A stretch of 64,000 nucleotides of DNA from Eledone cirrhosa (GCA_964016885.1 OZ024741.1:82770001-82834000); one strand, 5' to 3'. Shown: positions 41,209 to 55,682, counted from the stretch's first letter. The notes: generated by a model from the letters alone, not told the origin. A program made the numbers and translations.

Positions 41209-41763
41209 GTTTTTATCTTTGAAAATGCAGTAATTGTAACTTTCAGGACGCCGAGAGCACATATACATATATACATACATACATACATACATACATACAT
41301 ACATACATACATACATACATACGTACATGCATGCATACACACACATATACATAGATGCATATATACGTACATAGATACATACATAGATTCTAGGAATATA
41401 TAAGAAAGTCATAAAAACAAGAATACAGGAAGTGCGTATAAAACCATACGAAATCTATTCTTTCTCTCTATAAAATTTGGAAATATATTTTCCTTTCATT
41501 TACCTTAAACAAGTCACCTAAAATTTCCGGTTTCTGCTCATCACATTTCTCTCTTCTTGAGAATGTTTCTATTAAAACATTACCGTTTGTTTGCTACTTC
41601 TGAATGTGTGTAAGTTACGTTCTGATGTACAACTTGTGTGCCTGCATGAAGCAGTATATATATAGATACGCGTGCATACCCTTGTAAAATATATAGATGC
41701 TTCTCTGCTTGGGAGTGATTTCACGATGACGCCTCTCTCTCTCTCTATGAATATATATATATA

Positions 41764-41881
<118 letters not shown>

Positions 41882-41947
41882 GTGAGGGCGTGTATATGTA
41901 TGCGTGGGTGTTTGCATATATAGATGTATATAAATTAAAATTCATAT

Positions 41948-42016
41948 CTGTTTCATTCGGGAGAAATCGTCTGATTTCTCCCGAATGAAACAGTTCTAGT
42001 CCTGTAGAAGCCATTT
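41948..42016 (+). repeat. Perfect 21-bp hairpin whose right arm continues into a hammerhead 3' half
   Basis: ctgtttcattcgggagaaatc gtct gatttctcccgaatgaaacag, then GAAA cag..ctg T A gaag. Same family at 54548-54642. Confidence 0.8.
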
Positions 42017-42179
42017 TTAAATATATATATAGAGATATATATATATGATATTAAGGATACTATTTATAGTTATGTATATTTTAAACTATAAACAGGGAAG
42101 GTCAGTAATGTATTACTACCTTATTAGCAGTAACATAAATAGCTCAATGTAATAACATCAGTTGTTCTACAGAGCAGTT

Positions 42180-45100
42180 ATATAGAATTCACAAGAATCA
42201 AAGCTATGTTCAAAGCATTTATTCACTTACCATTGTTTCATCCAAACCTAGGCTTGCTGTCTTCGGAGCATTTTTCAATGCTTGTACATATAATTGACCT
42301 CCAATCCAACGCAAGAGACATACAGGTACACATATATATATATATTGATGTACAGTGGAGTGACATATATTATACTCTACTATACTTGTACGGCAATTCA
42401 AATTTAAAATCAAAATTAAAATACATGCGGCAGATAACACATATAATGCAAGAGGATAGTTCGATAATCAGATCTAGTAGATAGTGCATGCGTTAGTCAT
42501 ACATAGAACATGCTAGTGTGTCTCATTTATATACGAGTATTGTGTGGCAAGGTGTTATATGTAATGCAAGCAATTTAAGCGGGTAAGCAAGAGTATTATG
42601 GTGGTTGTAGTGGTAGGGTATTGTTTGTACAGATAAAAAAAGTATGGATGCAGAAAAAAAAAAAAAAAAAAAAGAAAAAGAAAGTTATTGTTTTCGCATC
42701 CACCACCATTTTCACATTCAGAAAAAGGAAGTTATAGTTTTTACATCCATCACATATGTTACGATGAATTCGTATTGAATGTTTGATGTAGTAAATGATT
42801 GTATCGTATTGAGGCTCAGTGTTATTTAATCCATATTTATAGAATAGATTCTTTCTGCTGCGAGAATGTACAGTGGTTTATTATCCGGAAGTAGGTGTGT
42901 AATTAAGGGAAGTTAATGCGTAAGGGGAGGTAACTAGCTGATTCTCATGACTAAATTCATTGTTCTAACATACATTATATGGTACCTAAATTGAGTCCCT
43001 TATATAAAAGGATATATATTTATATCTAATTTTAAATACAGTCTACTCTATCATAATGTATTAACGGTATCTACAGGAAGTTGATTACTCCTTATTGTAT
43101 ATCGCTATAATTGAATTTCCCACACAAATTGCTATATCTTTATATCAAAATTCACTGTAAATACAGTCTACTCTCAAAACATATCAGAGGACCAATCAGA
43201 ATTTTGTCAGATAACCCCTGATAAGCTATGGAACAGCGTACAGCTGTTTGCATGATAAAATCAAATACATCTCTTGGGTAAACAAATACATCCCTCAGTT
43301 ACAATGTCATTAATCTATCCATCAAGTTATACATGCATATATAATTCATATATAATTCATTGCACCACCCTACATATAAGTTAGACAGATCCCTTATGTT
43401 AATAAATTAATCCTATATATACCTGATGTTATTACTCCATACATTTAATTACAGATGCATATATAATTCACTGCCGTATCTAGTATTTAAAGTTTATATA
43501 GACTATATTATATTTCAATCCCTATATAATTATAAGTAATTGAAAGTAATTATATTAAAAGTTGGTGTTTATGGGGATATTTCTAGGGTATAAAGTTATA
43601 GATAGATAGAACGATTTGTGTCGAGGGAAGTGTGGATCAGAGATTGTGGTGTAGTGGTGTAAGGCATGCCCTTGAGGTGTGGTGTTAGAAGCGGTGATGG
43701 GTTCAAGTCTGACATTGTTATATATTGGGTTTAAAGCTTTGGAAGGAGTGTCGGAAGCGGTGCTTGCACGACGCAAACACTTCCGATTTTTTTTATTAAG
43801 GAGGTTAAGGTTCGAGAAGATTATAGTAAGGGTCTCTAGTAGACAAAGGTCACATAATTTATTAGGTGGTTTGTACGATGCCACCTTACCTATCACATCC
43901 TATTGAAGTGTATACGATCTAATTCTAGTTTTCAGATAGTGTATGCAGCTAGATAGTGAAGTGGAGTTTGCTAGACTGTGATTTTCGAAAGAATGGAGAT
44001 GTGAATTGTATCTGATTTTGAAGCAGTTCGAAATAGAGCCTATATACTTCTAAAGCTTTAAACCCAATATAATTACTTTCAATTACTTATAATTGTATAT
44101 GGATTGAAATACAATACAGTCTATATAAACTTTAAATACTAGATACGGCAGTGAATTATATATGCATCTGTAATTAAATGTATGGAGTAATAACATCAGG
44201 TATATATAGGATTAATTTATTAACATAAGGGATCTGTCTAACTTATATGTAGGGTGGTGCAATGAATTATATATGAATTATATATGCATGTATAACTTGA
44301 TGGATAGATCAATGACATTGTAAGTGAGGAATGTATTTGTTTACCCAAGAGATGTATTTGATTTTATCATGCAAACAGCCGTACGCTGCTCCATAGATTA
44401 CCAGGGGTTATCAGACAAAATTCTAATTGATCCTCTGACATATTTTGAGAATAGATTGTATTTACAGTGAATTTTGATATAAAGATATAGCAATTTGTGT
44501 GGGAAATTCAATTATAGCGCTATACAATAAGGAGTAATCGACTTCCTGCAGATACTTTTAATACATTATGATAGAGTAGACTGTATTTAAAATTAGATAT
44601 AAATATATAACCTTTTATATAAGGGACTCAACTGAGGGAGCATATAATATATGTTAGAACAATAAATTTAGTCATGAGAATCAGTTAGTTACCTCCCCTT
44701 ACGCATTAACTCCCCTTAATTACACACCTACTTCCGGATAATAAACCACTGTAAATTCTCGCAGCAGAAAGAATCTATTCTATAAATATGGATTAAATAA
44801 CACTGAGCCTCAATACGTTACAATCATTTACTACATCAAACATTCAATACGAATTCATCGCAACATATGTGATTGATGTAAAAACTATAACTTCCTTTTT
44901 CTGAATGTGAAAATGGTGGTGGATGCGAAAACTATAACTTTCTTTTTCTTTTTCTTTTTCTTTTTCTTTTTCTTTTTCTTTTTCTTTTTCTTTTTCGGCA
45001 CACATACTTTTTTGATCTATACAAAAAATACCCTACCGCCATAATACTCTTGCTTACCCGCTTAAAGTGCTTACATGTAACACCTTGCCACACAATACTC

Positions 45101-45452
45101 GTATATAAATGAGACACACTAGCATGTTCTATGTATGACTAACGCATGCACTATCTACTAGATCTGATTATCGAACTATCCTCTTGCATTATATGTGTTA
45201 TCTGCCGCATGTATTTTAATTTTGATTTTAAATTTGAATTGCCGTACACGTATAGTAGAGTATAATATATGTCACTCCACTGTACATCAATATATATATA
45301 TATGTGTACCTGTATGTCTCTTGCGTTGGATAGGAGGTCAATTATATGTACAAGCATTGAAAAATGCTCCGAAGACAGCAAACCTATGTTTGGATGAAAC
45401 AATTGTAAGTGAATAAATGCTTTGAACATATCTTTAATTCTTGTGAATTCTA
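42180..45452 (-). mobile_element. Penelope-like remnant: ~1.38-kb inverted repeats (42180-43556 and 44067-45452) around a GIY-YIG C-terminal fragment
   Basis: The arms are reverse complements (duplicate ORFs at 42206+ and 45151-). The spacer minus strand reads YIGSISNCFKIRYNSH...CDLCLLE...LLNKK. Confidence 0.88.
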
Positions 45453-45709
45453 CATATATATATATACATATGAGGTGGGGCATGTGTGTGTGTCTGTGAT
45501 TGTATACATATGTGCTCATGTCTACTTACAAATCAATCAATTAAATAACATAAGTATCAGTCGGAACACTTACTCTCACAGCTACCATCTCCTGAAATAT
45601 ATTATGAATTCCTATTCCCACTTTACTAACATTACTAACAGTCTGACTACGTAGAACTTGCAGGTTGATTAGAAAAGTATCTTTTACCTATTCCAACCAA
45701 TCCAACCTC

Positions 45710-45767
<58 letters not shown>

Positions 45768-45770
45768 CTT

Positions 45771-45835
<65 letters not shown>

Positions 45836-45857
45836 ATATATATATATATATATATAT

Positions 45858-48790
45858 AATGCTGTAACTAAGGATTACCGTAAAACTAATCGGAGCGTCA
45901 TTAATGAAATCAACGATGATGGGTTTAAAATCATCTCTGATCTCAACATCCTGGACCGACTGAACCTCTGGACCCTATTTCTCCCCACTTTACCCTGAAC
46001 GATCACAAAACCAATTTTCTGAACAACCCCTCTATTTGGCTTATTAATCCTACGATGTCCGATTTAGGTAGACTTAGTAAAAGGATTTTTGACAGAATTA
46101 TAGCTGAAATTAGAAGTTTGGCCCCTCTTGCACTGTGGAACAATTCTTTCGCGGTGATTGATTGGTTCAACGGCATATGCAACAAGGAACATTGCCGTTT
46201 TATCCAATTCAACATCAACAATTACTACGCCTCCACCACTTTACCACTTCTCCTTAGAGCTATCAATTTCGCTAAAACACTCACAGTGGTTAAGGATTTC
46301 GAAGTTGATGTCATCCTCAATGCCCGTAAGTCGGTGTTTAATTTCGACGACTCTTATATAATCTAATATACCCCATTCGACGGGAGTTGATGTCATCCTC
46401 AATGCTGGTAAGTCGGTGATTAATTTCGACGACTCTAATAAAATATAATATACCTCATTCGACGTGAGTATGGGCGCCAGCGATTCTGCGGAGGTTACTG
46501 ATCTTATCGGCCTTTTCCTTCTTTTCTCTATCAAGGAAGAATTCCCCAACGTGGGCGGTGGTTTGTACCGTGATGATGGTCTTTTGACCATGACTAAGTG
46601 CGCCTCACGTGCTTGCGACAGGTTCAGAAAAGAACACACAGCTTTCTTTAAAGGATTCAACCTCTCCATACAGGTTGAGGCCAACCTCCCGGTCGTTAAT
46701 TACCTCGACGTTATCCTCAATTTACCGTATAGAAAGCCGAATGATACGCTTAATTACATAAGTAAGCATTCTAACCATCCTGCCAGCATAACCAAGAACC
46801 TGGTAAGTAACGTTTCTTTGAGGCTTTCCTCTCTATCTAGTAACGAGCATATTTTCAACGACCATTCCACATATTACAATGAAGCTCTTGCTCGAAGTGG
46901 ATTTGTCGATGAGTTAGCATATACAGAGTACGAGAATAGACCTAGAAGAAATAGATCCCGACGCATTATATGGTATAACCCACCATATAATATGGAGGTG
47001 GCCACACCGTTAGCTAAGATATTCTCTCCCTTATTATGAAGCATTTTCCCCCTACACATAAATATAGTAACATTTTTAATAGAAATAATATTATAATGTC
47101 TTACTCTACGACTCCTAACCTTGCACATAACATCACAGCTTCAAATTTAGCTAAACTACCTAGCCGTAGGAACACGTGCAACCCTGTAGTTAGTACTAAC
47201 TGTAATTGTAGGAGTCGCGTTGATTGCCCCCTATCCGGGAAATGCCTCTCTAGTAACATTGTCTACAAATGTAAGGTTGAAACACCCACATTCCGTAGGG
47301 CCTACATAGGGTTAACCGCCAATAAATTCAAGCAGCGTTTTTATAAGGATACCCATCCTTTTCGTTACGCTTTAAGGAGTAATATGACGTCACTTTCAGC
47401 TTATATCTGGAGTCTAAAAGACAACCAGACCCAATATAAGTTACACTGGGTGATCATAGTTAGAGCTAGAGCGTACAACGGAAATAAAAGACCATGTGAC
47501 CTATGCGCCGCAAACAAAAAATCCGAGGCAATTTCGGCTTGTAAACATAAATTGCACAAAATCTTCCTGTATTACAGCCCCACATTATACCCTAATAGTA
47601 CGAACTATACGCGGATATTTTACGTCTTGATGTGGTAGCTAAGTATATGTTATGTTTATACCATTACTTATTTGTATAGGTAAGTATATATTACCTGTAT
47701 GTTTTGTGAAGGTACGTATACTTTCTCGTACGTATATTTTATTGTATATGTTATGGTGTATATATTATTTGTTCTGGTACATATGCTTTTGCTTATGTGT
47801 ATACATGTGTTTTACGTCTGTGTGAGTATGCGTGTTCGTACGTATCTAAGGTGTGTGTATATGTGTACTTCGTGTTTTGGTGGACGTGGTCTTCGAACAT
47901 AAGTGTATTGACATGTAGGTGTGTGTGTGTGTGGTTCTTATATACGTATTTATTTATTTATATACGTTTATTTGATTATATGAATACACGCACACACACA
48001 CATATATATATATATATTTTATATTTTTATTTTTATGTGTATTTGGGGTATACATTCGTATGCGTGCGGTTACAGGAGTTGCGTGGGTTCTGTATGTGCG
48101 TGCGTTTTTTTTGTGTGTACGTGCGTTTATTTGTATACCTATGGCGAGTGTTTTTGCGTATGCTTGTGTATGTAAGTATATGGATGCGTGTATGTATTTA
48201 TTTAATTTCATTTACCTATGTATTTTATTTACTTTATTTTAACTCTGAAGCCGAGAATCATTCGGTTTCATAGTTAGAATTTTAGTCTACGACTTCAGTT
48301 ATATTATTTACGTGGTTTTGTCTTTGCGTGCAATTGTTCTCTACGCTCCACATATGACGTATTATCTTCGTTTTTTCCGTTCATTGCCAGAGCACGTCTC
48401 TATTAACCACCTAATAGAATATTAGTCTACGACTTCTTTTATACCATAAACGTGGTTTTGTCTTTGCGTATAATTGTTTTTCACCGCTCCAAAAAATGAC
48501 ATATTATATTCGTTTTTTCCCGTTAGGAAACGTTTCCACGAACCAAAGTATCGTTTTCCTCTCTTCCTCCGGTTGCAACGTTTTGTAAAATATTAACTTC
48601 TGCATTTACAGCTTGACTTTGTTAGTTTCAGAACATCCCGTTAAGGGTGAAAGCAGCGATTCTTTGCTTAAACTTTAATCTTTTATTTTAATAAATATTT
48701 GCTCTACGGTTCTTATGTATTTGATATATATTTATCCTTATCGAGCCCTATTTGGATTTTAGTCTTCAAATTTATTATTATTACTATATA
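45858..48790 (+). mobile_element. 5'-truncated Penelope-like element, same family as 23950-27375
   Basis: RT GGGLYRDDGL, WYNPPY, GIY-YIG ORF 47036-47638 and a pLTR at ~48240-48790. Internal ~80-bp duplication at 46304/46386. Confidence 0.92.
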
Positions 48791-49278
48791 TAAATATATA
48801 TATATATGTATACAATAGCTAAAGGAAAACAATTGTTTTACGAAGCCTTGATCGAATTTAAATTTTGAAAGCAGGTAAGCATACTCTTCGCTCGTACAAC
48901 ACAGTTTCTTATGCTAAGTAACCGAACAATTTAGCTAAATAAGCCCAAAATAAATAGGAAAATTTGAACACAATATCCTAGGGTAAGCAATCTCGTATTA
49001 GACGTATACCGGATGTCTATGTTATCATCAAACTACAGCAAAATAAAGATGTGTATCTTACACAGAATGTCTTTTGTTCTCAATTATTAACTGCCTTAAA
49101 TTTGTGAACTTTTCTCTCCAATCTCTTCATGAATGAAAATATTATTTCTATGTGGCATTGTGTTTAATTTGTGGAAATGTTTACATTGGCACCAGTAGCA
49201 CCGTCACAGACGTAATCCGAATGAATTTGATTTTAGAATATGCATTGAAATTTAAATTTTAATAATTTTTGTTTCTGT

Positions 49279-50560
49279 AATCTCTATATATATTAGCAGA
49301 TGCCTGTGTATTTGTATGTCTGTGCATAATGCCAATGAGGGAGTGAGAGGGCAGAGAAAGAAACATAGAGGCAAAGTGAGGGAGGCGCTCTTTATTTCTC
49401 CTCCTCCATCTCCTCATTCGTAACAACGTTTTCCGATAGAGGGAGAAATGTAAATATTACGACTGAGATAGAAAGAGAAAGGTGGTGAAAGAAACAGACA
49501 GACTAAAAGAGAGAAAGTGTTACAGAGAGCTAGAGAGTAAAAGGCAGAGAGAAGAGAGAAATAAATACAGAGAGAGAATGTGTTTCTATGGGAGGTGTTG
49601 AAAGAGAGGGGGTAGCAGGAGAGAGAGACGTAGTATGTTTGACACTGTATATATGTTATATAAGAGAAGTTGAAAGAGCCGGCAAAAAGTGTAGGGGGGG
49701 GGGTTAGCGGGAAAGAGAGAGATGCTGTATGTTTGATACTGTATGTGTATGTGTCAGTATAGATACATGTGTATGTGTGAGGTGTGTGGAAATAAGAGGG
49801 AAAGGAAAGCAAATACCATTAACAGGTGTGTGCTTGTGCGCATTTGCACTCGCGCACGTTTGTGTGCGTGTAGGCGGTGTTCCACAGACAGTAAAAACTA
49901 TTAACATGTGTGAGTGCGTGCGTGTATGTGTACGTGCACGCGCGCATGTGTGCGTTTGCGTGCGTATGTGCGTTAGCCGGCGCGTGTGCATTTGCGTGCA
50001 TGTGTGCGTTTGCGTGAGTGCTTGCTTTTGCGAGTGTGTGTGTGTGCGCGTGCGTGCAGCGTTCCACGATCGCCATTTATTTAAATCATTCTTGTGAAGA
50101 TATTCATGTAACGTTCACTAGTTTTTTCATTTAATCCCTTTTTTAACTATAAAAAAAGTTTCCAAGAATAATATTCTCACTCTCTACAAGAGCAGATGGT
50201 GTAGATCTAGATGATCAGTATTCTACAGTGAAACAAAGACGAGTACAGGTAGCCAGAACCAGTTGACAGAGAGAGCCCTGCACAACGACAGCAAAGACAT
50301 GAAAATGACCGGAAGAGAGCTGCTGCACGCAGGGCCAATGAGACACAAGAGGCAAGGGAAAAATGGTTAGAACAATTACGTCAACAAAATGCAATCCACA
50401 GAAGCAAAGAATCAAAAAAAGGAAAGAGAAAAACTTTTAAAAGATGCAAGATAAAGACAAGCTGCCAGAGTTGCCAATGAGACAATAGGTCAGCGGGTGA
50501 TTAGACAAAGAAAAAACCAGGAGCAAACAGTTGCTGCAAGACTTTACCAATCATTGCTTG
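49279..50560 (+). mobile_element. Probable Helitron 5' fragment
   Basis: TC-initiated tctctatatatattag...tgtatgtctg. 50270-50400 reads ESPAQRQQRHENDRKRAAARRANETQEAREKWLEQLRQQ, resembling the N-terminal repeats of Helitron RepHel. Confidence 0.5.
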
Positions 50561-50999
50561 GTTAAATTGAAGTTTGATAATTGACATACTATACTTAATT
50601 GTACGTATACAGTTAGACAATGCCATCAGAGATATTCTGCTAGAAAGAAGATATCAGATGATATAGTAGGCCACTTGTAAGGTCAACTCTGAGAGGGGAT
50701 TCTTATAATTTAACTTGTTCGACTAACTTTCAATGTCAAACTATGCATTAAATCAGTTAACTCTGAGTTAACATGCTCCATTTTACTCAGTTGTAGAAAT
50801 GAGTTTCGAGATCACTGGTGCCACGCTGTATCGCCAACTGCCTTTCCTCGCTCAAAATCGGTGGCGTGAAGTGGACAGGCTGGTCTGCATTGGTGACTGC
50901 TGGTCTTCCACAAGCAACCTTACCCAGAACTATCGTAAGCTCATTTGTGACTGAAGGGGATCTTTAGACACACACACGCGGAAACGCATATATATATAT

Positions 51000-51190
51000 A
51001 GACAACCCGTGACCCGTCGGTTACGGTCACTTAAAATCAATTTCTATATAATTAATATATACACAGACATGTAGATAATGTAAAATGAAATTGGAAGGCC
51101 CACATATATATAGGTGTGTGTGAGTATACATATATATATAAGCGGGTGTCTGTGACCTATATACACCGGTCACAGACATACACACACAAC
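51000..51190 (-). mobile_element. Possible short non-autonomous Helitron-like element
   Basis: Hairpin ccgtgacc-cgtc-ggttacgg near a ..gtcta end on the minus strand, plus a second hairpin gtctgtgacc/ggtcacagac. Confidence 0.35.
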
Positions 51191-51614
51191 CCCCCTCCCC
51201 CCACACACACGCGCTCGCGCGCGCGCGCGTATACACTTAGAAATTATTTCTATTTAGCAGGATAGAGTATTGTAGTATTCGTTTCATGGAGGTCACCGGT
51301 TATAATTTCATTCAACAACACCACCAGCTCTCTCTCGCTCTCTTCCATTTTCAGTCTCCTTCTCTTTCTCTCTCTCTGTCTCTCTTTCAATCTACTCTCT
51401 CCCAACCACTATCTCTTTCTCTCTATCGTTCTCTCTGTCTCTATTTATGAAGGTATCCAGAAAACCCCATATCTCGAGAACAAGATATATATATATATAT
51501 GTATGTGTGTGTATGTGTGTGTGTGTGTGTGTGTGTGCGTGTATATGTGTGTGTGTGTGTGTATGTGTGTGTGTGCGTGTGTACGCGTGTGTGTGTGTGT
51601 GTCTATTTGTATGT

Positions 51615-51775
51615 TAGGTCGCTCTCGAGTGCTACTGGTAACATATAACCCAGTACAACCTATCTCATGGTCGGGTCGCCAACGACTAAACCAGCAACCC
51701 CACCAAGCTTGCTTGTTGACGAGGGTGATATTTGGACACCCTACGGCAAAGGGCGGAGGAACTCAGCAGCGTCAT
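51615..51775 (+). mobile_element. 5' fragment of the RTE-like family at 7002-8256
   Basis: gtgctactggtaacat..cagtacaacct.tctcatggtcgggtc...gcaaccccaccaag. Confidence 0.7.
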
Positions 51776-51861
<86 letters not shown>

Positions 51862-52034
51862 ATGCTTTGGGAGGGTCATGTTGCCAATAAGAAACACACG
51901 CACCAGTTTCTTTCACTCCAATTTATTATAAATCTATTATTAAGCATAACAACATCGGTTTCAACACACGTTTTCAGATAAAGAATCTTGCTAAAGAAAT
52001 TCAGAAACGAAATATATATATATATATATATATA

Positions 52035-52650
52035 TGGAGGCCCGTAAAGACTATCCATTTATTTCGGAGACTCGAAACCGTACGGTAAAGTTAACCATAG
52101 TAGGTACAGTAAATTTTTTAAAATTATTTTTAAAACTTTTTCTTATTTGCTAATTATTGATTATATATGTTCTGGCTCGTTAATTTATTAACCTGCCATA
52201 GAACCACATTGGTATATGGTTGGATAATACATGTGTCCCTATATGTATTTTGCGTGTAGGGATATATACTTTATTATTATTAATCTCCCCCTGGTCGAGA
52301 TAACATTTAGGCGTTTTGACAGCTGCTATTTCTAGTGGTAGTGTATTGACCTTTCCGCCTCTGCCTTCTATCTTTGCACACGGCACTGGACAGAATTGCT
52401 TCTACATCATTCTTCCTCATCTCGGGAACAATTTTGAATAGCGACAGTTCGTAATTCGAACTCGGGAATTTTATATTCTCCGAGTGAAAATAACCTTCTG
52501 ACGAGAGTCTTTCTTTTCAATGGAGGCCTGTAAGGACTATCCATTTATTTTTGAGACTCGAAACCGTACAGTAAAGGTAACCATAGCAGGTACATTGAAT
52601 TTTTTTTATATTTATTTAAAAACTTTTTCTTATTTGCTAAACCTTGATCA
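52035..52650 (+). repeat. Partial tandem repeat (period ~486) of a hammerhead unit
   Basis: tggaggcc.gtaa.gactatccatttattt..gagactcgaaaccgtac.gtaa at 52035 and 52521. Confidence 0.8.
52493..52578 (+). ncRNA. Minimal type I hammerhead ribozyme
   Basis: acctt CTGACGA gagtct...agactc GAAA ccgtacag T A aaggt. The upstream partial copy has the perfect palindrome accgtacggt. Confidence 0.8.
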
Positions 52651-52662
52651 TATATATATATG

Positions 52663-52734
<72 letters not shown>

Positions 52735-52797
52735 TAAAATACAGATTTATTAACTCATATTGATACCTTGTAATTAACAAGCTCAAAGTATAAATAA

Positions 52798-52896
52798 AGG
52801 TTAACTTTGCCTTTCATCCTTACGGGATCGATAAAATAAAGTACCAGTAAAACACTGGGATAATTGCTGGCATTGTGCTAAAAGTAGAAACAATTA
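52798..52896 (+). mobile_element. tRNA-SINE 3' half
   Basis: Core ttaactttgcctttcatccttacgggatcgataaaataaagtaccagt...gtagaaacaatta. Confidence 0.85.
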
Positions 52897-52943
52897 TATA
52901 ATAATATACGTAGAAATAAACACAGTAAATTCATTTGATCTTA

Positions 52944-53028
52944 ATCTCGCTGAGGAAAGACTACGGATTATCTGTTACAAACACAATTTTCAGGGCGAAA
53001 CAGATTAAATCTCTTATCTGTCTGAGAG
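52944..53028 (+). ncRNA. Type I hammerhead with full stem III (second copy 53409-53496)
   Basis: ctcg CTGAGGA aagactac...cagggc GAAA cagat..atctg T C tgag. Copy 2 has stem II gcc/ggc and stem I atctctt/gagagat but a GUG site. Confidence 0.7.
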
Positions 53029-53639
53029 TTGAAATGGTTTTTGATACGGTCTGTATAAAATGTTATACCCTACTGTATGTTTCAGGTTAAATATATATAA
53101 ACATTTGTGGCATTCTCTACCCTCGTTATTTTAACACAGAATTTACTGTGTTTATTTCTACATATATTAGTATATACTGCTCAGTATATATATTTGCGCT
53201 TGTTAATTGCAGGGTATCAATATGAGTTAATAACTCTGTGTTTTATTTGTATTTCAGCTCCCTAACTAGGTGAGCTTATAAGTTGAGTGTAATAAGGCTA
53301 TTATTTCTAGCATATACACTCACACCACGTATAGCGTGCAACCCACGAGGTGTATTACTTACTCCTGTGAGTTGTTGTTGTTAGATGTGTTTTGTTTCAT
53401 TTGATCATATCTCTTGCTGAGGAAAGCCTACGGATATCTGTTACAAACACAATTTTCAGGGCGAAACAGATTAAATCTCTAATCTGTGGGAGAGATGAAA
53501 TGGTTATTGATACGGTCAGTATGTAATTTTATACCCTACTGTATCTTTCAGGTTAAATATATAAAACATTTGTGGCATTCTCTACCCTCGTTATTTTAGA
53601 CACGGAATTTACTCTGTTTATTTCAACATATATTATTAT

Positions 53640-53718
<79 letters not shown>

Positions 53719-53769
53719 TATATATATGTATTTATATATAATTACATACCCCCCCCTCCTCCCACGCTC

Positions 53770-53808
<39 letters not shown>

Positions 53809-54255
53809 TAGGGGGAGAGAGAGAAACATTAATTTGTCTCACAACCTACTATCGGCTTTTCAATTTTCACAAAGTTACATTTTCAGATTCGATTGTTTTC
53901 TTTGATGCATCCCCGGGAGATATAAATATATAATTTCATAATTCTTTGGTGTTTACAAGTTTGTTGATTCCTCCTTTTATTTTCTCCTTTCCCTCATCAT
54001 TCCTTCTTTCCTTCATTTGTCCTTCACTTCATCTTCCGTTTCAAACTCCATTACTTTACTTGTACATTCCTTCCTTGTAAGTTTTGTTTATATTTTTCTG
54101 TGTTAAACTATTTCATTACGTATCTCTCACACACTGACTTTGAAAAATGTTGACAAATATTCATTTCCTATATCACATATAAGAGATGGCTTGTTTATTG
54201 CTTCATTTGTAAGTTTTTTGTTAGTTACATTTGAAATCGGTACATATATACATAC

Positions 54256-54324
<69 letters not shown>

Positions 54325-54655
54325 CTTTTATATATATATATATATGTACATATATATAAGTATATATATATATATGTATATATATATATGTATATGTATA
54401 TATATATATAGAGAGAGAGATAAATAGATAGATAGATATGGGGGTGGGGTTGTATATGTGTAGATCGTGAGTGACATCAGGGTTAACCTCAGTTAAAAAG
54501 GGACTCAATACATTAGTAGAATGCAAGTAACTTTTTTTTAATATATCGAAATGACCGCTACAGGGCTAGAGTTGTTTCATTCGAATGTATTTATGATGAT
54601 TTCATACGAATGAAACAGTTCTAGCGCCGTAGAAGCCGTTTCTATATTAAATAAT

Positions 54656-54757
54656 TGTTTCTACTTTAGGCACAAGGCCAGCAATTACCCAGTGCATTAC
54701 TGGTACTTTATTTTATCGACCCCCTAAGGATGAAAGGCAATGTCAACCTCGGCGGGA
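54656..54757 (-). mobile_element. tRNA-SINE 3' half with 17-bp TSD
   Basis: TSD tttctatattaaataat at 54639-54655 and 54758-54774. Confidence 0.88.
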
Positions 54758-54773
54758 TTTCTATATTAAATAA

Positions 54774-54843
<70 letters not shown>

Positions 54844-54971
54844 GTACATACATATATATATATATATATTCATATATATGTATAAATATATAAGTATATA
54901 TATGTATATGCATATATGCATATATGCATAAATACACACATACACACACAATCCCACACACGCAGACACAC

Positions 54972-55032
<61 letters not shown>

Positions 55033-55523
55033 TATATATTCATGTAAATAAACATACAAGAAATGTGAAGAGATATGAGTTGTTTACGTGGTGGAGAAGA
55101 AAAGATATGAAGACGAGGCAAGCATCTGTTCAAGCGAGTGATAGATTAAGCAACTATGGAACCATGAAATTGCTAATATATCTTCGGCAGACCAATTCCG
55201 AAGACTTTAAATACAATTCCTTTCCACATATTTCACGAAATATTTTTCCTTAGATTTATTCTAATTCAATACATACTTTTAGTGTTAACTTTTATGGAAT
55301 TGATTTTTTATATGTATTTTTTATCACGTTTGCAATGACTATATATCTCTTTTATTTCTTTAGAGAAAATCTAATTTCTACTGCTTCATCAAAATCATCC
55401 CCATCCTCGTCAACTCCATCATTGACATCCACATCATCATCATCATCTTCTTCAGCTTCATAAAAATCATCCTCATCAAAATAATTCTTCTTATTATTGA
55501 ATAATGATTATATAAAGAACTCA

Positions 55524-55602
55524 TTCTTCTTCTTCTTCTTCTTCTTCTTCTTCTTCTTCTTCTTCTTCTTCTTCTTCTTCTTCTTCTTCTTCTTTATTAT
55601 TA

Positions 55603-55670
<68 letters not shown>

Positions 55671-55682
55671 GTTATTGTTATT
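55524..55682. repeat. (TTC)n(TTA)n tract: tail/target of the R4/Dong element
   Basis: Lies about 75 bp downstream of the ORF stop on the minus strand and reads (TAA)n then (GAA)n. Confidence 0.85.

Larger units (their letters stand above)
52730..53635 (+). mobile_element. pLTR/retrozyme-like tandem (period ~467) with two hammerheads and an inverted 5' segment
   Basis: 52930-53165 is repeated at 53397-53632. 52730-52792 and 52905-52932 are reverse complements of parts of 53139-53250. Confidence 0.75.

Noticed and set aside
43213-43250. Antisense hammerhead-like string cccctgataagct..agcgtacagctgt in the long inverted repeat
   Set aside because: Both conserved boxes are degenerate in both arms and stem I is absent.
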